Positions 23,534 through 35,579 are shown, numbered from the stretch's first letter. The stretch: 64,000 nt of DNA from an uncultured Gammaproteobacteria bacterium (GCA_963748215.1 CAVVHS010000006.1:640001-704000); one strand, 5' to 3'. The notes: generated by a model not told the origin, from the sequence alone. Made by a program: numbers and translations.

Positions 23534-25387
23534 CTAGATCATGAGCCGGGCGTTGCGGCGCCCGCCGTACAACAGGTTGATGACCGCGCGCGTTCCCATG
23601 ATCGCGGTGAACATGGATGTGAGAATGCCGATGGAGAGCGTCACGGCGAAGCCCTTGACCGGGCCGGTACCGAAACTGAGCAACACGACAGCGGCGATCA
23701 GGGTGGTGATATTGGCATCGGCAATGGTCGAGAAGGCCTTCTCGTAGCCGGCCTGGATACTGGCCTGCGGGCTGTTGCCGTTGCGCAGTTCCTCCCGGAT
23801 GCGCTCGAAGATGAGCACGTTTGCATCGACCGCCATACCCACGGTAAGCACGATACCGGCGATACCCGGCAGCGTAAGCGTTGCCTGCAGCATCGACAGC
23901 ACTGCCACGGTGAGTATCACGTTCAGGGCCAGCGCCAGGTTCGCGACCACGCCGAACACACGGTAGTACGCCGCCATGAATACCAGCACCAGACAGAAGC
24001 CGATCAGCACCGACTTGAAGCCCTGCTCGATGTTGTCCTTGCCCAGGCTCGGTCCAATGGTACGTTCCTCGATGATCTCGATCGGCGCAGCCAGTGCACC
24101 TGACCGGAGTACCAGCGCCAGCTCATGCGCCTCTTTCGGACTGTCCAGCCCCGTGGTCTGGAAACGCTTGCTGAACACTTCGCGGATGGTCGCAACACTG
24201 ACGACCTCCTCGACCTTGACGGCCTTCTTGACCGGCACACCGTCGACCAGCACGGTTTCCGTGCGGTTCTCGATAAATACCACGGCCATGGGCTTGCCGA
24301 CGCTCTCCTTGGTGAACTTCAGCATGCTCCTGGCACCCTTGGCGTCCAGGGTGACCGACACCATCGGTGACCCGCTTTGCGGATCGAAGCCGGAGCGGGC
24401 ATTGATGATCTGGTTGCCGGTCGCGATGACCGATTTCTTCAGCAATACCGGGGTGCCATCGCGCTCGTAGTACAATCGCGATCCCGCCGGCACCTTGCCG
24501 GCCACGGCCCGCTCGACGTCATGTTCGATGTCCACGGCACGGTATTCCAGTGTTGCCGTGGCACCGAGAATACGCTTGGCCTGGGCGGTATCCTGCACGC
24601 CGGGCAACTGCACGACGATACGCTGGCTGCCCTGCTGCTGGATCACGGGCTCGGCAACACCGAGCTCGTTTACGCGGTTGCGCAGGGTCAGGATATTCTG
24701 CTGCAGCGCAAAATCCTGGATCTCCCTGACCTCCTGCTCGGGCGGCCTGACCCTCAGGCCGGTCTTGCCTGCGTCGGCCAGAGGTTCGACGACCAGCGCG
24801 GGGAAATCCTTTTTGATGGCACTGCGCGCCGCATCGGCATCCTGCTGCTCCCTGAACTCGATACGTACCGAGGATTGCTCCGGGCGCAGCACGGTATAGC
24901 GCAACTTTGCCTCTCGCAGCAGGGTACGAAAGTCGTTCGCGTAACTTTCGAGTGCCTGCTTGAAGGCCGCGCCCATATCCACCTCGAGCAGGAAGTGCAC
25001 GCCGCCGCGCAGGTCCAGGCCCAGGTACATGGGCTGGGCATTCAGGCTTTGCAGCCAGGCAGGTGTCGTCGGCGCCAGATTGAGCGCCACGACATAGTCG
25101 TTGCCGAGGGTCGCCTTGACGAAATCAACCGCTTTCAGCTGGGTCTCGGTATCATCGAAGCGCACCAGTATCCGGCCGGCGTCGAGATCCGCCTGTTTCA
25201 CCGCAATGCCGGCCTTTTCCAGCGTGGCGGTCACACTGCGGATCACCGATTCATCGACCTCGGCCCTGCGCGTACCGGATATCTGCAGGGCAGGGTCCTC
25301 GCCAAACAGGTTGGGCAATGCATAGATCATACCCACCACCAGGACAAGGATGATGAGCAGGTATTTCCAGAGCGGGTACCGATTCAT
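23534..25387 (-). CDS. secD: protein translocase subunit SecD
   Basis: LGLDLRGG, RNRVNELGVAEP, GPSLG, GMAVDANVLIFERIRE. Confidence 0.98.
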   Translation of the reverse strand: MNRYPLWKYLLIILVLVVGMIYALPNLFGEDPALQISGTRRAEVDESVIRSVTATLEKAGIAVKQADLDAGRILVRFDDTETQLKAVDFVKATLGNDYVVALNLAPTTPAWLQSLNAQPMYLGLDLRGGVHFLLEVDMGAAFKQALESYANDFRTLLREAKLRYTVLRPEQSSVRIEFREQQDADAARSAIKKDFPALVVEPLADAGKTGLRVRPPEQEVREIQDFALQQNILTLRNRVNELGVAEPVIQQQGSQRIVVQLPGVQDTAQAKRILGATATLEYRAVDIEHDVERAVAGKVPAGSRLYYERDGTPVLLKKSVIATGNQIINARSGFDPQSGSPMVSVTLDAKGARSMLKFTKESVGKPMAVVFIENRTETVLVDGVPVKKAVKVEEVVSVATIREVFSKRFQTTGLDSPKEAHELALVLRSGALAAPIEIIEERTIGPSLGKDNIEQGFKSVLIGFCLVLVFMAAYYRVFGVVANLALALNVILTVAVLSMLQATLTLPGIAGIVLTVGMAVDANVLIFERIREELRNGNSPQASIQAGYEKAFSTIADANITTLIAAVVLLSFGTGPVKGFAVTLSIGILTSMFTAIMGTRAVINLLYGGRRNARLMI

Positions 25388-25410
25388 AGTCTTCAGTTTC
25401 CTGTGCGGCC

Positions 25411-25737
25411 TTACAGCCCCTTGATGGTTCCCTTGGGCATGAGGTTTGCGACCGCATGACGCTGCACCTTGACGGTGACACCTTCGGTAACATCCAGTTC
25501 GATGAAATTGTCGCCCACTTTCGAAATACGGCCCAGCAGGCCGCCGTTGGTGACCACCTCGTCACCCTTGGCCAGAGCCTGGACCATCATCTTGTGCTCC
25601 TTCGCCTTCTTGGACTGCGGACGTATCAGCAGAAAGTAGAATACGACAAAGATAAAGATCAGCGGCAGAAAACTCATCAGGGCGTCACCCTGGCCCTGCG
25701 GCGCCGCCGCCAGTGCGTCATTAATAAAGAAATCCAT
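25411..25737 (-). CDS. yajC: preprotein translocase subunit YajC
   Basis: FYFLLIRPQ, KGDEVVT.GG. Confidence 0.96.
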   Translation of the reverse strand: MDFFINDALAAAPQGQGDALMSFLPLIFIFVVFYFLLIRPQSKKAKEHKMMVQALAKGDEVVTNGGLLGRISKVGDNFIELDVTEGVTVKVQRHAVANLMPKGTIKGL

Positions 25738-25816
25738 GTCTGCTCCTCAAAATCATGCGGTTCTGTTCGTCCGGAGGCGGCACCTGCTCATGCCGGCGAC
25801 CGGTCAAACCAGCGCA

Positions 25817-27973
<2,157 letters not shown>

Positions 27974-28073
27974 GGCGCGGCATGTTAGCACAGGATTTAG
28001 TGCCCGCCGCTTGCCCGTATGCCCGGATTCCCCGATACTAGCGGGCCTTGCCGGCAGCATGCCGGCACCCGAT

Positions 28074-28160
28074 GCCGAGGTGGTGAAACTGGTAGACGCA
28101 CTGGACTCAAAATCCAGCGGAGGCAACTCCATGCGGGTTCGATTCCCGCCCTCGGCACCA
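28074..28160 (+). tRNA. tRNA-Leu(CAA)
   Basis: Cloverleaf GCCGAGG...CTCGGCACCA, anticodon arm CTGGA CT CAA AA TCCAG, long variable arm. Confidence 0.96.
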
Positions 28161-28183
28161 CATCACCGGCCCGAAGCGGATAT

Positions 28184-28672
28184 TCAGCGCGACACGGGCA
28201 CCAGCCACGCAAACACGAGCGTCGCCAGCAACAGCGTCAGCAGCAGTGTTCGCGTGCGTCCGGATTTTGTGCTGTCATGCGGTTCGAGCCCCTGAAAACC
28301 GAACATGTAACTGTCGATCATGCGTAAGTTATCTTCGCGCCTGCGGTCAGTGCCGGCACGCCGTTCACTGGCAGCCGTATTGCACCGGGGACAGGTATCG
28401 CGCCGCCTGTCGGTGCTGCGTTCGTCGACCTGCATGCGTGCCTCGATGTAGCGCTGATAATCCTCCCAGCTGGACAGGTTCAGCATCTCGTGCGGCAGCA
28501 GCCCGGTCAGCACCCTGGCATCCGACCAGGACGAGCGGTCCCTGCTCAGCTCGTCCTCGAGACGTATGCGGCCGAGCAGGATGTGGCGGGTGACTTCTGC
28601 AGCCGGGAAAGGCCCGCGCACCACGCCTTCACGGCGTGTGTACCATTTGTCAGTGTCTCCCCGCCGTTTCAT
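28184..28672 (-). CDS. GYF_2/DUF4339-like domain protein with ERR/DRR motifs and a C-terminal TM helix
   Basis: WYTRREGVVRGPFP...LGRI..DELS.D...W; DERSTDRR, ERRAGTDRRR; hydrophobic C-terminus; 20 nt downstream of fliA. Confidence 0.7.
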   Translation of the reverse strand: MKRRGDTDKWYTRREGVVRGPFPAAEVTRHILLGRIRLEDELSRDRSSWSDARVLTGLLPHEMLNLSSWEDYQRYIEARMQVDERSTDRRRDTCPRCNTAASERRAGTDRRREDNLRMIDSYMFGFQGLEPHDSTKSGRTRTLLLTLLLATLVFAWLVPVSR

Positions 28673-28692
28673 GTGTGCGCCGCGTGCGGCCC

Positions 28693-29421
28693 TCAGTCAC
28701 TCAGCCATTCCCCCATGCGCGCGCGCAGGCGAATCAGCGCCTGGCCATGTATCTGGCAGACTCGCGATTCGCTGACGCCCAGGATTTCGCCGATCTCGCG
28801 CAGGTTCAGCTCCTCGTCGTAATACAGCGCCATCACCAGCCGCTCGCGTTCCGGCAAGCCCTTGATCTCGTCGGCAAGGCCCTGCTTGAAATCGCTCTTC
28901 TGCAGGTTTTCCAGGGGTTGATCGATATGCCGTCCGGACTGCGGCATCCCCTCTTCGCCCAGCATGCCGGGATCCTCGAAACTGAAAATACGGCAACCGG
29001 TCGAGTCCTGCAGGATCTTGTGATATTCCACGAGGCTGATGTCCATCACCTCGGCGACCTCGACATCACGCGCGTCCCGGCCCTTCTCGTTCTCTATCTT
29101 GCGCACTGCCTCGGCAACCTCCCGGGCCTTGCGATGTACCGAGCGGGGCGTCCAGTCGGTACGCCTGATCTCATCAAGCATGGCGCCGCGAATACGGATG
29201 CCGGCATAGGTTTCGAAGCTCGCACCCTGTTCGGGGTCGAATTTTCTGGAGGCCTCGATCAGCCCGATCATGCCGGCCTGGATCAGGTCGTCTGCCTGGA
29301 CACTGGCGGGCAACCGGCTCATCAAATGATAGGCGATCCGCTTGACCAGTGGTTCGTGCAATACAACCAGTTCGTTGCTTGATGCAAATTCAGCTGCCGC
29401 CTTAGCTGCGTTACCTTTCAT
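28693..29421 (-). CDS. fliA: RNA polymerase sigma28 FliA
   Basis: LVKRIAYHLMSRLPASVQADDLIQAG, RIRGAMLDE, DWTPRSVHR, GVSESRVCQIH. Confidence 0.96.
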   Translation of the reverse strand: MKGNAAKAAAEFASSNELVVLHEPLVKRIAYHLMSRLPASVQADDLIQAGMIGLIEASRKFDPEQGASFETYAGIRIRGAMLDEIRRTDWTPRSVHRKAREVAEAVRKIENEKGRDARDVEVAEVMDISLVEYHKILQDSTGCRIFSFEDPGMLGEEGMPQSGRHIDQPLENLQKSDFKQGLADEIKGLPERERLVMALYYDEELNLREIGEILGVSESRVCQIHGQALIRLRARMGEWLSD

Positions 29422-30305
29422 GACCTCACCTCCATATCCCTGTTTTCGTTCTGAATGAGACGTTCAACAAAAAACTCGAGATGGCCGCCCGCATACTGCT
29501 GGCGCGGCCATTTCATGATCTGCCTGGCAAGATTCTTCAGTGCCATGGCGGAGCGACTGCGGGGAAACGCACTCAGTACGGTCTGGCGCTGTGCGATCGC
29601 ACGCTGCAGGCATTCATCGCGCGGCACGTAGCCGCAACAGGACAGCACCATGTCGTGATTGTCGTTAAAATGCCCGAATAGCCATGCAAACAGCTCGCCA
29701 GCCTCGGTCGCGGATGCGACCATGTTCGGCAATACATGGAAACGTGCGATCCCGTGCGCCCTGTACAGCGTGTCGATCAGCGCCACCGCGTCCCTGATCG
29801 AGGCCGGTTCGTTGCAAATCACCACCACGATATCGGTCGCCGCGCGACAGAAACTGGTGACGATCTCGGAGATTCCGGTTGCCGTGTCTATAACGAGTGC
29901 ATCGATCGGTTCGTCGAGGTCGCTGAATGCGCGCATCAGGCCCGTGCATTCATTCATGCCGAGTTCGGCGAGTTGCTTTTCCCCGGATGCGGCGGGTATC
30001 AGCCGCAAGCCGCCCGGGCCATTCGTCAGGATATCCCCGAGCGACTTGTTGCCATTGAGCACGTCATGCAGGGTGAACTCGACTTCGAGACCGAGCAGCG
30101 CATCGATATTCGCCATGCCGAGATCGGCATCCAGCAACAGGGTCCGCTGTCCCTCGCTGCTCAGCGCCTGCGCGACATTGAGGGCAATGCTGGACTTGCC
30201 GATGCCGCCCTTGCCGCCGGTGAACGCGATAACCTGTACCGGCGGATGCATGGCAGGTTTGACGGGGTCACCGCTGCGGCCAAGTTTGATATCAGCGAAC
30301 TGCAT
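29418..30305 (-). CDS. fleN: FlhG/FleN MinD-like ATPase
   Basis: GGKGGIGKS, DADLGMANID, IDTATGIS, C-terminal GHLEFFVERL; overlaps fliA start. Confidence 0.9.
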   Translation of the reverse strand: MQFADIKLGRSGDPVKPAMHPPVQVIAFTGGKGGIGKSSIALNVAQALSSEGQRTLLLDADLGMANIDALLGLEVEFTLHDVLNGNKSLGDILTNGPGGLRLIPAASGEKQLAELGMNECTGLMRAFSDLDEPIDALVIDTATGISEIVTSFCRAATDIVVVICNEPASIRDAVALIDTLYRAHGIARFHVLPNMVASATEAGELFAWLFGHFNDNHDMVLSCCGYVPRDECLQRAIAQRQTVLSAFPRSRSAMALKNLARQIMKWPRQQYAGGHLEFFVERLIQNENRDMEVRS

Positions 30306-30398
30306 GGTGTTTCCCGCGGCGGGTCTGGATAGAAAAGGTCATTTGCATCTGCGCTACCTGTTGCTGATTCAGGGATGAGTTCTGCATGCAACAGTGAT

Positions 30399-30414
30399 AG
30401 CAACTTGCGTACCA
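30399..30414 (-). promoter_or_regulatory. sigma54 (-24/-12) promoter of fleN-fliA
   Basis: TGGTAC-GCAAG-TTGCT on the minus strand. Confidence 0.75.
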
Positions 30415-30514
30415 ACATCTCCGACAGACGACAAATGCGTCCGCTGTCGATATAACTACATGTATTAGAATGGAATTCTTTCTATCAGTTTGCGGGGGTA
30501 TTTTTCGGAATTAC

Positions 30515-30528
30515 GTCACATTTTTGAC
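30515..30528. promoter_or_regulatory. putative FleQ binding box
   Basis: GTCACATTTTTGAC resembles GTCANTAAATTGAC; about 100 bp upstream of the sigma54 promoter; weaker second box GACAGCAAAATGAC at 30544-30557. Confidence 0.55.
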
Positions 30529-30586
30529 TTTTTAGCCGGGAATGACAGCAAAATGACTTATTGACGCCGGCGGTGGGGATGTCTCG

Positions 30587-30705
30587 CCCGCATTTCTCAC
30601 CGGGCGGCTGTTGACGGACATAATGAATGAAATCATGAGAGTGATGCACATTCAGCAACAAACAATGTGTCATCGGGCGATGCCTATCCCGGTGAGAAAT
30701 GCGGA
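30587..30705. mobile_element. 119-bp MITE (same family as 20781-21275, opposite orientation)
   Basis: TIRs CCCGCATTTCTCACCGGG / CCCGGTGAGAAATGCGGA, flanks CTCG and CTAG, interior homologous to 21176-21257. Confidence 0.85.
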
Positions 30706-30757
30706 CTAGCTTGCCTGGACGGCAAGCAACGGGACGGGGCAACCCGCGCAGGCAGGA

Positions 30758-33019
30758 CTACAGCGGCAAGCGGTCCGTACCGGAGATAAGCGAGGTGAAC
30801 AGATCTTCCGCCAGGGGACGGCTGATGTGGAAACCCTGGGCTGCATCACAACCCAGGCTGATCAGCAGGTCCCAGGCCCTGACATTCTCGACACCCTCGG
30901 CAACCACCTTGAAACCCAGGTTATGCCCGAGATCGATGATGGTACGGACGATCGCAACGTCCTGCTCGTCGAAGGCAATGTCCATGATGAAGGACTGGTC
31001 TATCTTGAGCGTGTCGATCGGCAGGGTTTTCAGGTAGGACAACGACGAATAGCCGGTACCGAAATCATCGATGGCAATCGTGATACCCATGTCATTCAGC
31101 CGGTTCAGTACTTCCGACGCACGCTCTATATCCTGCATGAGCGTGGCCTCGGTGATTTCGATCTCGAGGCAGTCACCCTCGACATCCGCCTCGCGCAATG
31201 CCCATTTGATCTTGTCGAACAGGCGCGGATTCTGGAAAGACCGGGCTGAAACGTTCACTGACACCGGGATGTCCAGCCCCTCGTGCTTCCACTGCCGGCA
31301 CTGCCGCAGTGCGGTAACGAGCACCCAGTCGGTAATCGGGGTAATCATGCCCAGTTGCTCGGCGACCGGAATGATGCGTTTCGGCATGACCGTTCCCTCG
31401 ACCGGGTGATCCCAGCGCAGCAGCGCCTCGGCGCCGACAATCCTGGATGTCTGCAGTTCGACCTGTGGCTGGTAATGGAGTGTGAACTCGTTGTTGTCGA
31501 TCGCCGCCCTGATCTGTCCGGAGTAATGCAATTGCTGGGCGGCAGTGACGTCGTTCGCCGGATCGTAGTACTGGTATGGCAGGCCGTTGCGTTTCGCCCT
31601 CTGCATTGCGCTCTCGGCATGGAGGAGCAGCGTTTCCTCGTTATCGCCATCACCGGGAAAGCAGGAGATGCCCAGTGTCAGACTGACCCACAACTGCTTC
31701 TCCTTGTAGGCAAAGGGGATATCGAAGGAATCCAGTATCTTGGTGATTACCCGTTCGGTCGCTTCGTTGATATTGTGTACCGGCTGCAACAGGATGCCGA
31801 ACTGGTCACCCCCCAGTCTCGACAGTGAGTCGGACTCCCGCACGATGGATTTCAGGCGTTCGGAAATATTCCTCAGCAGGATATCGCCGACATTACGACC
31901 CAGCGTATCGTTGTACATCTTGAACTGGTTGATATCGATAGAAATCACGACCACCTGTGAACCGGGCGCGCGACGCGCGGTAGCCAGGGCCATATTCAGG
32001 TGATCGGTCCACAAGGCGCGATTCGGCAGACCGGTCAGATCATCGGCGGTAGCAAGCTGTTGCAGTTGCCTGCGCTCCGCCACCTGCTTGTGGATGTCCT
32101 CCAGCACGCAATGCACGATTGCCGGGCGCCCCTGGCTGCCGGCAGCCGGGTACAGCGCTACCCTGTGCCAGTGTGCCTCGGTACCGGCCAGGGAAATGCG
32201 CACCTCGACCTGGCGACTGCTGCCATTGACGGCATCCTGCCAGGCAGAGAGCAGCAGCTTTCCATCCTCGGCGTGTGTATCCGACAGGCACGGGAACGGG
32301 CAATCCATGACACTGTCGTAGAGCACACGCAGGGGATAGCTTGCATAGCTGACGGTGTTTGTACGTACATCCACGCTCCACAGGAAATGCGGGATCCCGG
32401 CCAGCAGGTCCTCAACACGTCCGAACCGGCCGGTTTCATGAACAAGCTCTCCTCGCAGTTCGTTGCCTGCACTGGTCCAGTACCCTTCGAGCGTCAATCC
32501 CAGGTCGTGCAGCAGCATGCGAATAAGCAGGGACTCCAGGGCCTTGCGTTCCTCATCCGGCATGACCAGCGTGGGCAACAGGCCGCGCAGGTAATCAATG
32601 AACAAATAATAGGCACCGATGACCCACGCCGGCTTGATGCGATGCTCCAGATGTACCCTGCCGTTCTCCAGCAGGGTGTCCACACGATCCCTGAGATCAG
32701 CCGAGGCGATGGAGTTCAGCAGATTCTGCAGCTCGCTACGGGCGAACAGGCCGACATCGCCGCCAGCCCGTTCATGCGCATAAAGCACATCCGCTATGTC
32801 GGGATTATCGAAAAGATAGTTGTAGAAATGTTCGGCAAAACCTGCAGCTGCCGCGACCAGCGTTGCATGATGGGCATGAAGCAGGCCGCGATCTTCGACT
32901 GTAAGGCGAAACAGGTAATTGTAATCCTTTGCCAGCAGGTCGCGAGCAGCACGCTGATGCAGGCTTGCTGCATCCTGCACACCGGTTCTGCGCCCCCTCT
33001 CTTTCTTCTTCACAGACAT
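30758..33019 (-). CDS. globin-coupled sensor-PAS-GGDEF-EAL protein
   Basis: N-terminal protoglobin-like domain (FYNYL, GRVH..RIKPAWVIGAY), PAS-like segment, DLTGLPNR...RLGGDQF, EAL...DDFGTGYSS...AEGVE. Confidence 0.88.
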   Translation of the reverse strand: MSVKKKERGRRTGVQDAASLHQRAARDLLAKDYNYLFRLTVEDRGLLHAHHATLVAAAAGFAEHFYNYLFDNPDIADVLYAHERAGGDVGLFARSELQNLLNSIASADLRDRVDTLLENGRVHLEHRIKPAWVIGAYYLFIDYLRGLLPTLVMPDEERKALESLLIRMLLHDLGLTLEGYWTSAGNELRGELVHETGRFGRVEDLLAGIPHFLWSVDVRTNTVSYASYPLRVLYDSVMDCPFPCLSDTHAEDGKLLLSAWQDAVNGSSRQVEVRISLAGTEAHWHRVALYPAAGSQGRPAIVHCVLEDIHKQVAERRQLQQLATADDLTGLPNRALWTDHLNMALATARRAPGSQVVVISIDINQFKMYNDTLGRNVGDILLRNISERLKSIVRESDSLSRLGGDQFGILLQPVHNINEATERVITKILDSFDIPFAYKEKQLWVSLTLGISCFPGDGDNEETLLLHAESAMQRAKRNGLPYQYYDPANDVTAAQQLHYSGQIRAAIDNNEFTLHYQPQVELQTSRIVGAEALLRWDHPVEGTVMPKRIIPVAEQLGMITPITDWVLVTALRQCRQWKHEGLDIPVSVNVSARSFQNPRLFDKIKWALREADVEGDCLEIEITEATLMQDIERASEVLNRLNDMGITIAIDDFGTGYSSLSYLKTLPIDTLKIDQSFIMDIAFDEQDVAIVRTIIDLGHNLGFKVVAEGVENVRAWDLLISLGCDAAQGFHISRPLAEDLFTSLISGTDRLPL

Positions 33020-33324
33020 CGTGTGATTGCGGTTGGTGTTATTATCCGGATGGCATCAAGACAGCACTGCCATCGACCGTTCCGTACGCAGGCGCACATC
33101 CTCGTCCGTACCCGGCAATGGCGGCCGGCCGGCAACAGGCAATTCCAGATGATGCGCGTGCTGCTGGACTTGTTATTCCAACGATGTTTTTATTGTTTCA
33201 AGCGTGCCTGAATCTAGCACAGGGTCGCGTGCAAATAAAGTGCGCCCGCTTGGGCGGGCCGCTACCAACGTCAATTCAGTCGGCGCGACAGGTGTGTTGC
33301 GAGACAGACCGGCCTGCGCGGTCG

Positions 33325-34746
33325 TCAGGCCTGTCTCTGCATGCCGTACTTGCGCAGTTTTTCGACCAGCGTGGTCCTGCGCATACCCAGCCGCTTGGCT
33401 GCATGTGCAACCACACCGCCGGTATCGGCAAGCGCCTGCTTGATGTAACTGACCTCGAGGTGGCTGAGGTGTTCCTTGAGATTCATTCCATTACGTGGCA
33501 GTCGTGGATCGAGATCATCCGCCGTCAACTGCGATCCGACCAGCGCATCCAGGAGCTGTTCGGACGGCTCGCCATCGCTGTTGCGGAACTTTTCCGGCAG
33601 ATCGCCGGCATCGACGACACCGAACGGATGCAGAATGGCCAGTCGCTCGACAAGATTCGCCAATTCCCTGACATTGCCCGGCCAGCTGTATTGGCAAAGC
33701 GCGTAGATCGCACCCGGCGACAGCCTGACCGAGCCGCGATTCTCGTACTCGATACGCCGCACCAGCTCGTTCACGAGCAGTGGAATGTCCTCCACCCGTG
33801 CCGACAGTGACGGCATCTCGATGGGAAACACATTCAGGCGATAGAAAAGGTCTTCGCGAAACTCGCCTTTGACAATCGCCTCTTCCAGATTCTTGTGAGT
33901 GGCGGCAATGATGCGTACATCGGACGTCAGCGAATGATTGGAACCTACGCGTTCGAAGGTGCGTTCCTGCAGCACGCGCAGGATCTTGACCTGCATCTGC
34001 AGGGTCATGTCGCCGATCTCGTCCAGAAACAGCGTGCCACCCTCGGCCATTTCAAAGCGACCCTGACGGTCGTTGATAGCACCGGTAAATGCGCCTTTCT
34101 GATGACCGAACAGTTCGGATTCCAGCAAGTCACCGGGAATAGCGCCGCAGTTGACCGGCACGAACGGCTTGTCACGCCGCGAGGAATAATAGTGAAGATT
34201 CCTGGCAACCACTTCCTTGCCGGTGCCGGACTCTCCCAGTATCAGGACGTTCGCATCGCTGTCGGCCACCTGCTCGATCAGCTTGCGCACATGCTGGATC
34301 GCCCGGCTGCTGCCAACGAGACTGCGGAACAGATCCACCGGACGCTGGCTGGAACCGGACGTGCGCTGTGAGTCAGCGAACACCTCAGCCTGGTGCAGCG
34401 CGCTGGTCAGCTGGGCATAATTCACCGGCAACTCGAGCCGGCCGAGAATGCAGGATCCCGTGTCGATGGTGACCGTGGGTTCCCTGCCCTTTCTTGACAG
34501 CAGATAGATAGGCAGGTGTTCGTCGTACTGGTGGATCTCGCCCAGCAGGCTGGAGAGCATCTGGTCGGAGCCGCAGGAACCTACCAGCACGGCGAGGATA
34601 TTCTCCTCGTCACCGGCGACCGATTGCCAGTCCGCGCAACTGGTCACCTGTAGCGGCGTGTAATTGATGAATTTCAGGACGGCTTGCAGCTCATTGCCGA
34701 TAGCTTCATCAGCATCAATAACAAGTACCTTGGGTTCTGTATGCAT
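33325..34746 (-). CDS. fleQ: sigma54 enhancer-binding flagellar master regulator FleQ/FlrA
   Basis: FleQ-type N-terminal domain, [22 protein letters not shown]-terminal [26 protein letters not shown]. Confidence 0.93.
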   Translation of the reverse strand: MHTEPKVLVIDADEAIGNELQAVLKFINYTPLQVTSCADWQSVAGDEENILAVLVGSCGSDQMLSSLLGEIHQYDEHLPIYLLSRKGREPTVTIDTGSCILGRLELPVNYAQLTSALHQAEVFADSQRTSGSSQRPVDLFRSLVGSSRAIQHVRKLIEQVADSDANVLILGESGTGKEVVARNLHYYSSRRDKPFVPVNCGAIPGDLLESELFGHQKGAFTGAINDRQGRFEMAEGGTLFLDEIGDMTLQMQVKILRVLQERTFERVGSNHSLTSDVRIIAATHKNLEEAIVKGEFREDLFYRLNVFPIEMPSLSARVEDIPLLVNELVRRIEYENRGSVRLSPGAIYALCQYSWPGNVRELANLVERLAILHPFGVVDAGDLPEKFRNSDGEPSEQLLDALVGSQLTADDLDPRLPRNGMNLKEHLSHLEVSYIKQALADTGGVVAHAAKRLGMRRTTLVEKLRKYGMQRQA

Positions 34747-35234
34747 TCGATTTCCCGCTCGAATATCGTTATCGGCAGGGGATTATTATAAAAACCCGAG
34801 CATTATTAAAGTTATTTTTTCCCCCCTTCATATCATGTGGATGTTAACCATGGAAGCAAGGCATGTCAAAGCAATGTCGGGCGCATCGTATACGCGCCGC
34901 AGGAAACGCCTGAACTATCTGCACACGACTGATTTCATCCATGTTTTTTCTGTGAATCAGCGAATCGCACAGCGCCCGCGTAGCGGGTGCCGGCGCCCTG
35001 CCCCGGCGATAGGTCCTCCCGCCTGCGAATACCCCGCAACGGGGGCTTGCCCGTCGACTGGCTGCCGCGAGCGCTGGCGTTGCGTCGCGGAGACGGCAAT
35101 CATCCGCTTTGTGCGCGATGCCGCAAAAACCGCCTCAATTCGGGCAACTCCACGGACGATAGTCCTATTGAGTCAGGCAGCTCGTCCTGGCGCGGAACTG
35201 GAATACCGACAACAATATTTTGGATTAACCTTAA

Positions 35235-35402
35235 ATGATGCCAGATCAGCACTCCGTCACACCCGATATCGACGTCCGGCGCGTCCAGCTCCTGCGCACC
35301 CGGATCGAGGATGAAGCCTATACCGTTAACCCGCGGCAAATTGCAGACAAGATCATCGACCTGGAAGCTGCACTGTTTCGCCGCCGCACGCATCCCTCGT
35401 AA
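35235..35402 (+). CDS. flgM: short FlgM-like anti-sigma28 factor (55 aa, not in ORF track)
   Basis: PDIDVRRVQLLRTRIEDEAYTVNPRQIADKIIDLE matches the FlgM C-terminal sigma28-binding helices; in-frame TAA immediately upstream. Confidence 0.7.
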   Translation: MMPDQHSVTPDIDVRRVQLLRTRIEDEAYTVNPRQIADKIIDLEAALFRRRTHPS

Positions 35403-35453
35403 CACGCCGCCACACCCGGCAAGCAGCCACCGCACCAGGGGAAGGCAGGTGCA

Positions 35454-35479
35454 ACAACGCCCGCAGACGCGGGCGTTGT
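35454..35479. terminator. hairpin between flgM and tRNA-Arg
   Basis: 11-bp stem ACAACGCCCGC/GCGGGCGTTGT. Confidence 0.55.
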
Positions 35480-35483
35480 CGTT

Positions 35484-35560
35484 TGGTGCCCCGGAGACGA
35501 CTCGAACGTCCGACCTGGCGCTTAGGAGGCGCCTGCTCTATCCAGCTGAGCTACCGGGGC
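35484..35560 (-). tRNA. tRNA-Arg(CCT)
   Basis: GCCCCGGTAGCTCAGCTGGATAGAGC...GGCGC CT CCT AA GCGCC...GGGGCACCA. Confidence 0.96.
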
Positions 35561-35579
35561 GTGGGTGATGTCCTGAAAG

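Noticed and set aside
33228-33246. sigma54-like GCGCAC-N5-TTGCA upstream of the globin sensor gene
   Set aside because: The invariant -24 GG is missing
34769-34776. Perfect sigma28 -10 (GCCGATAA) upstream of fleQ
   Set aside because: No TAAA/TCAAG -35 at the right spacing; an overlapping TATAAT suggests a sigma70 promoter instead
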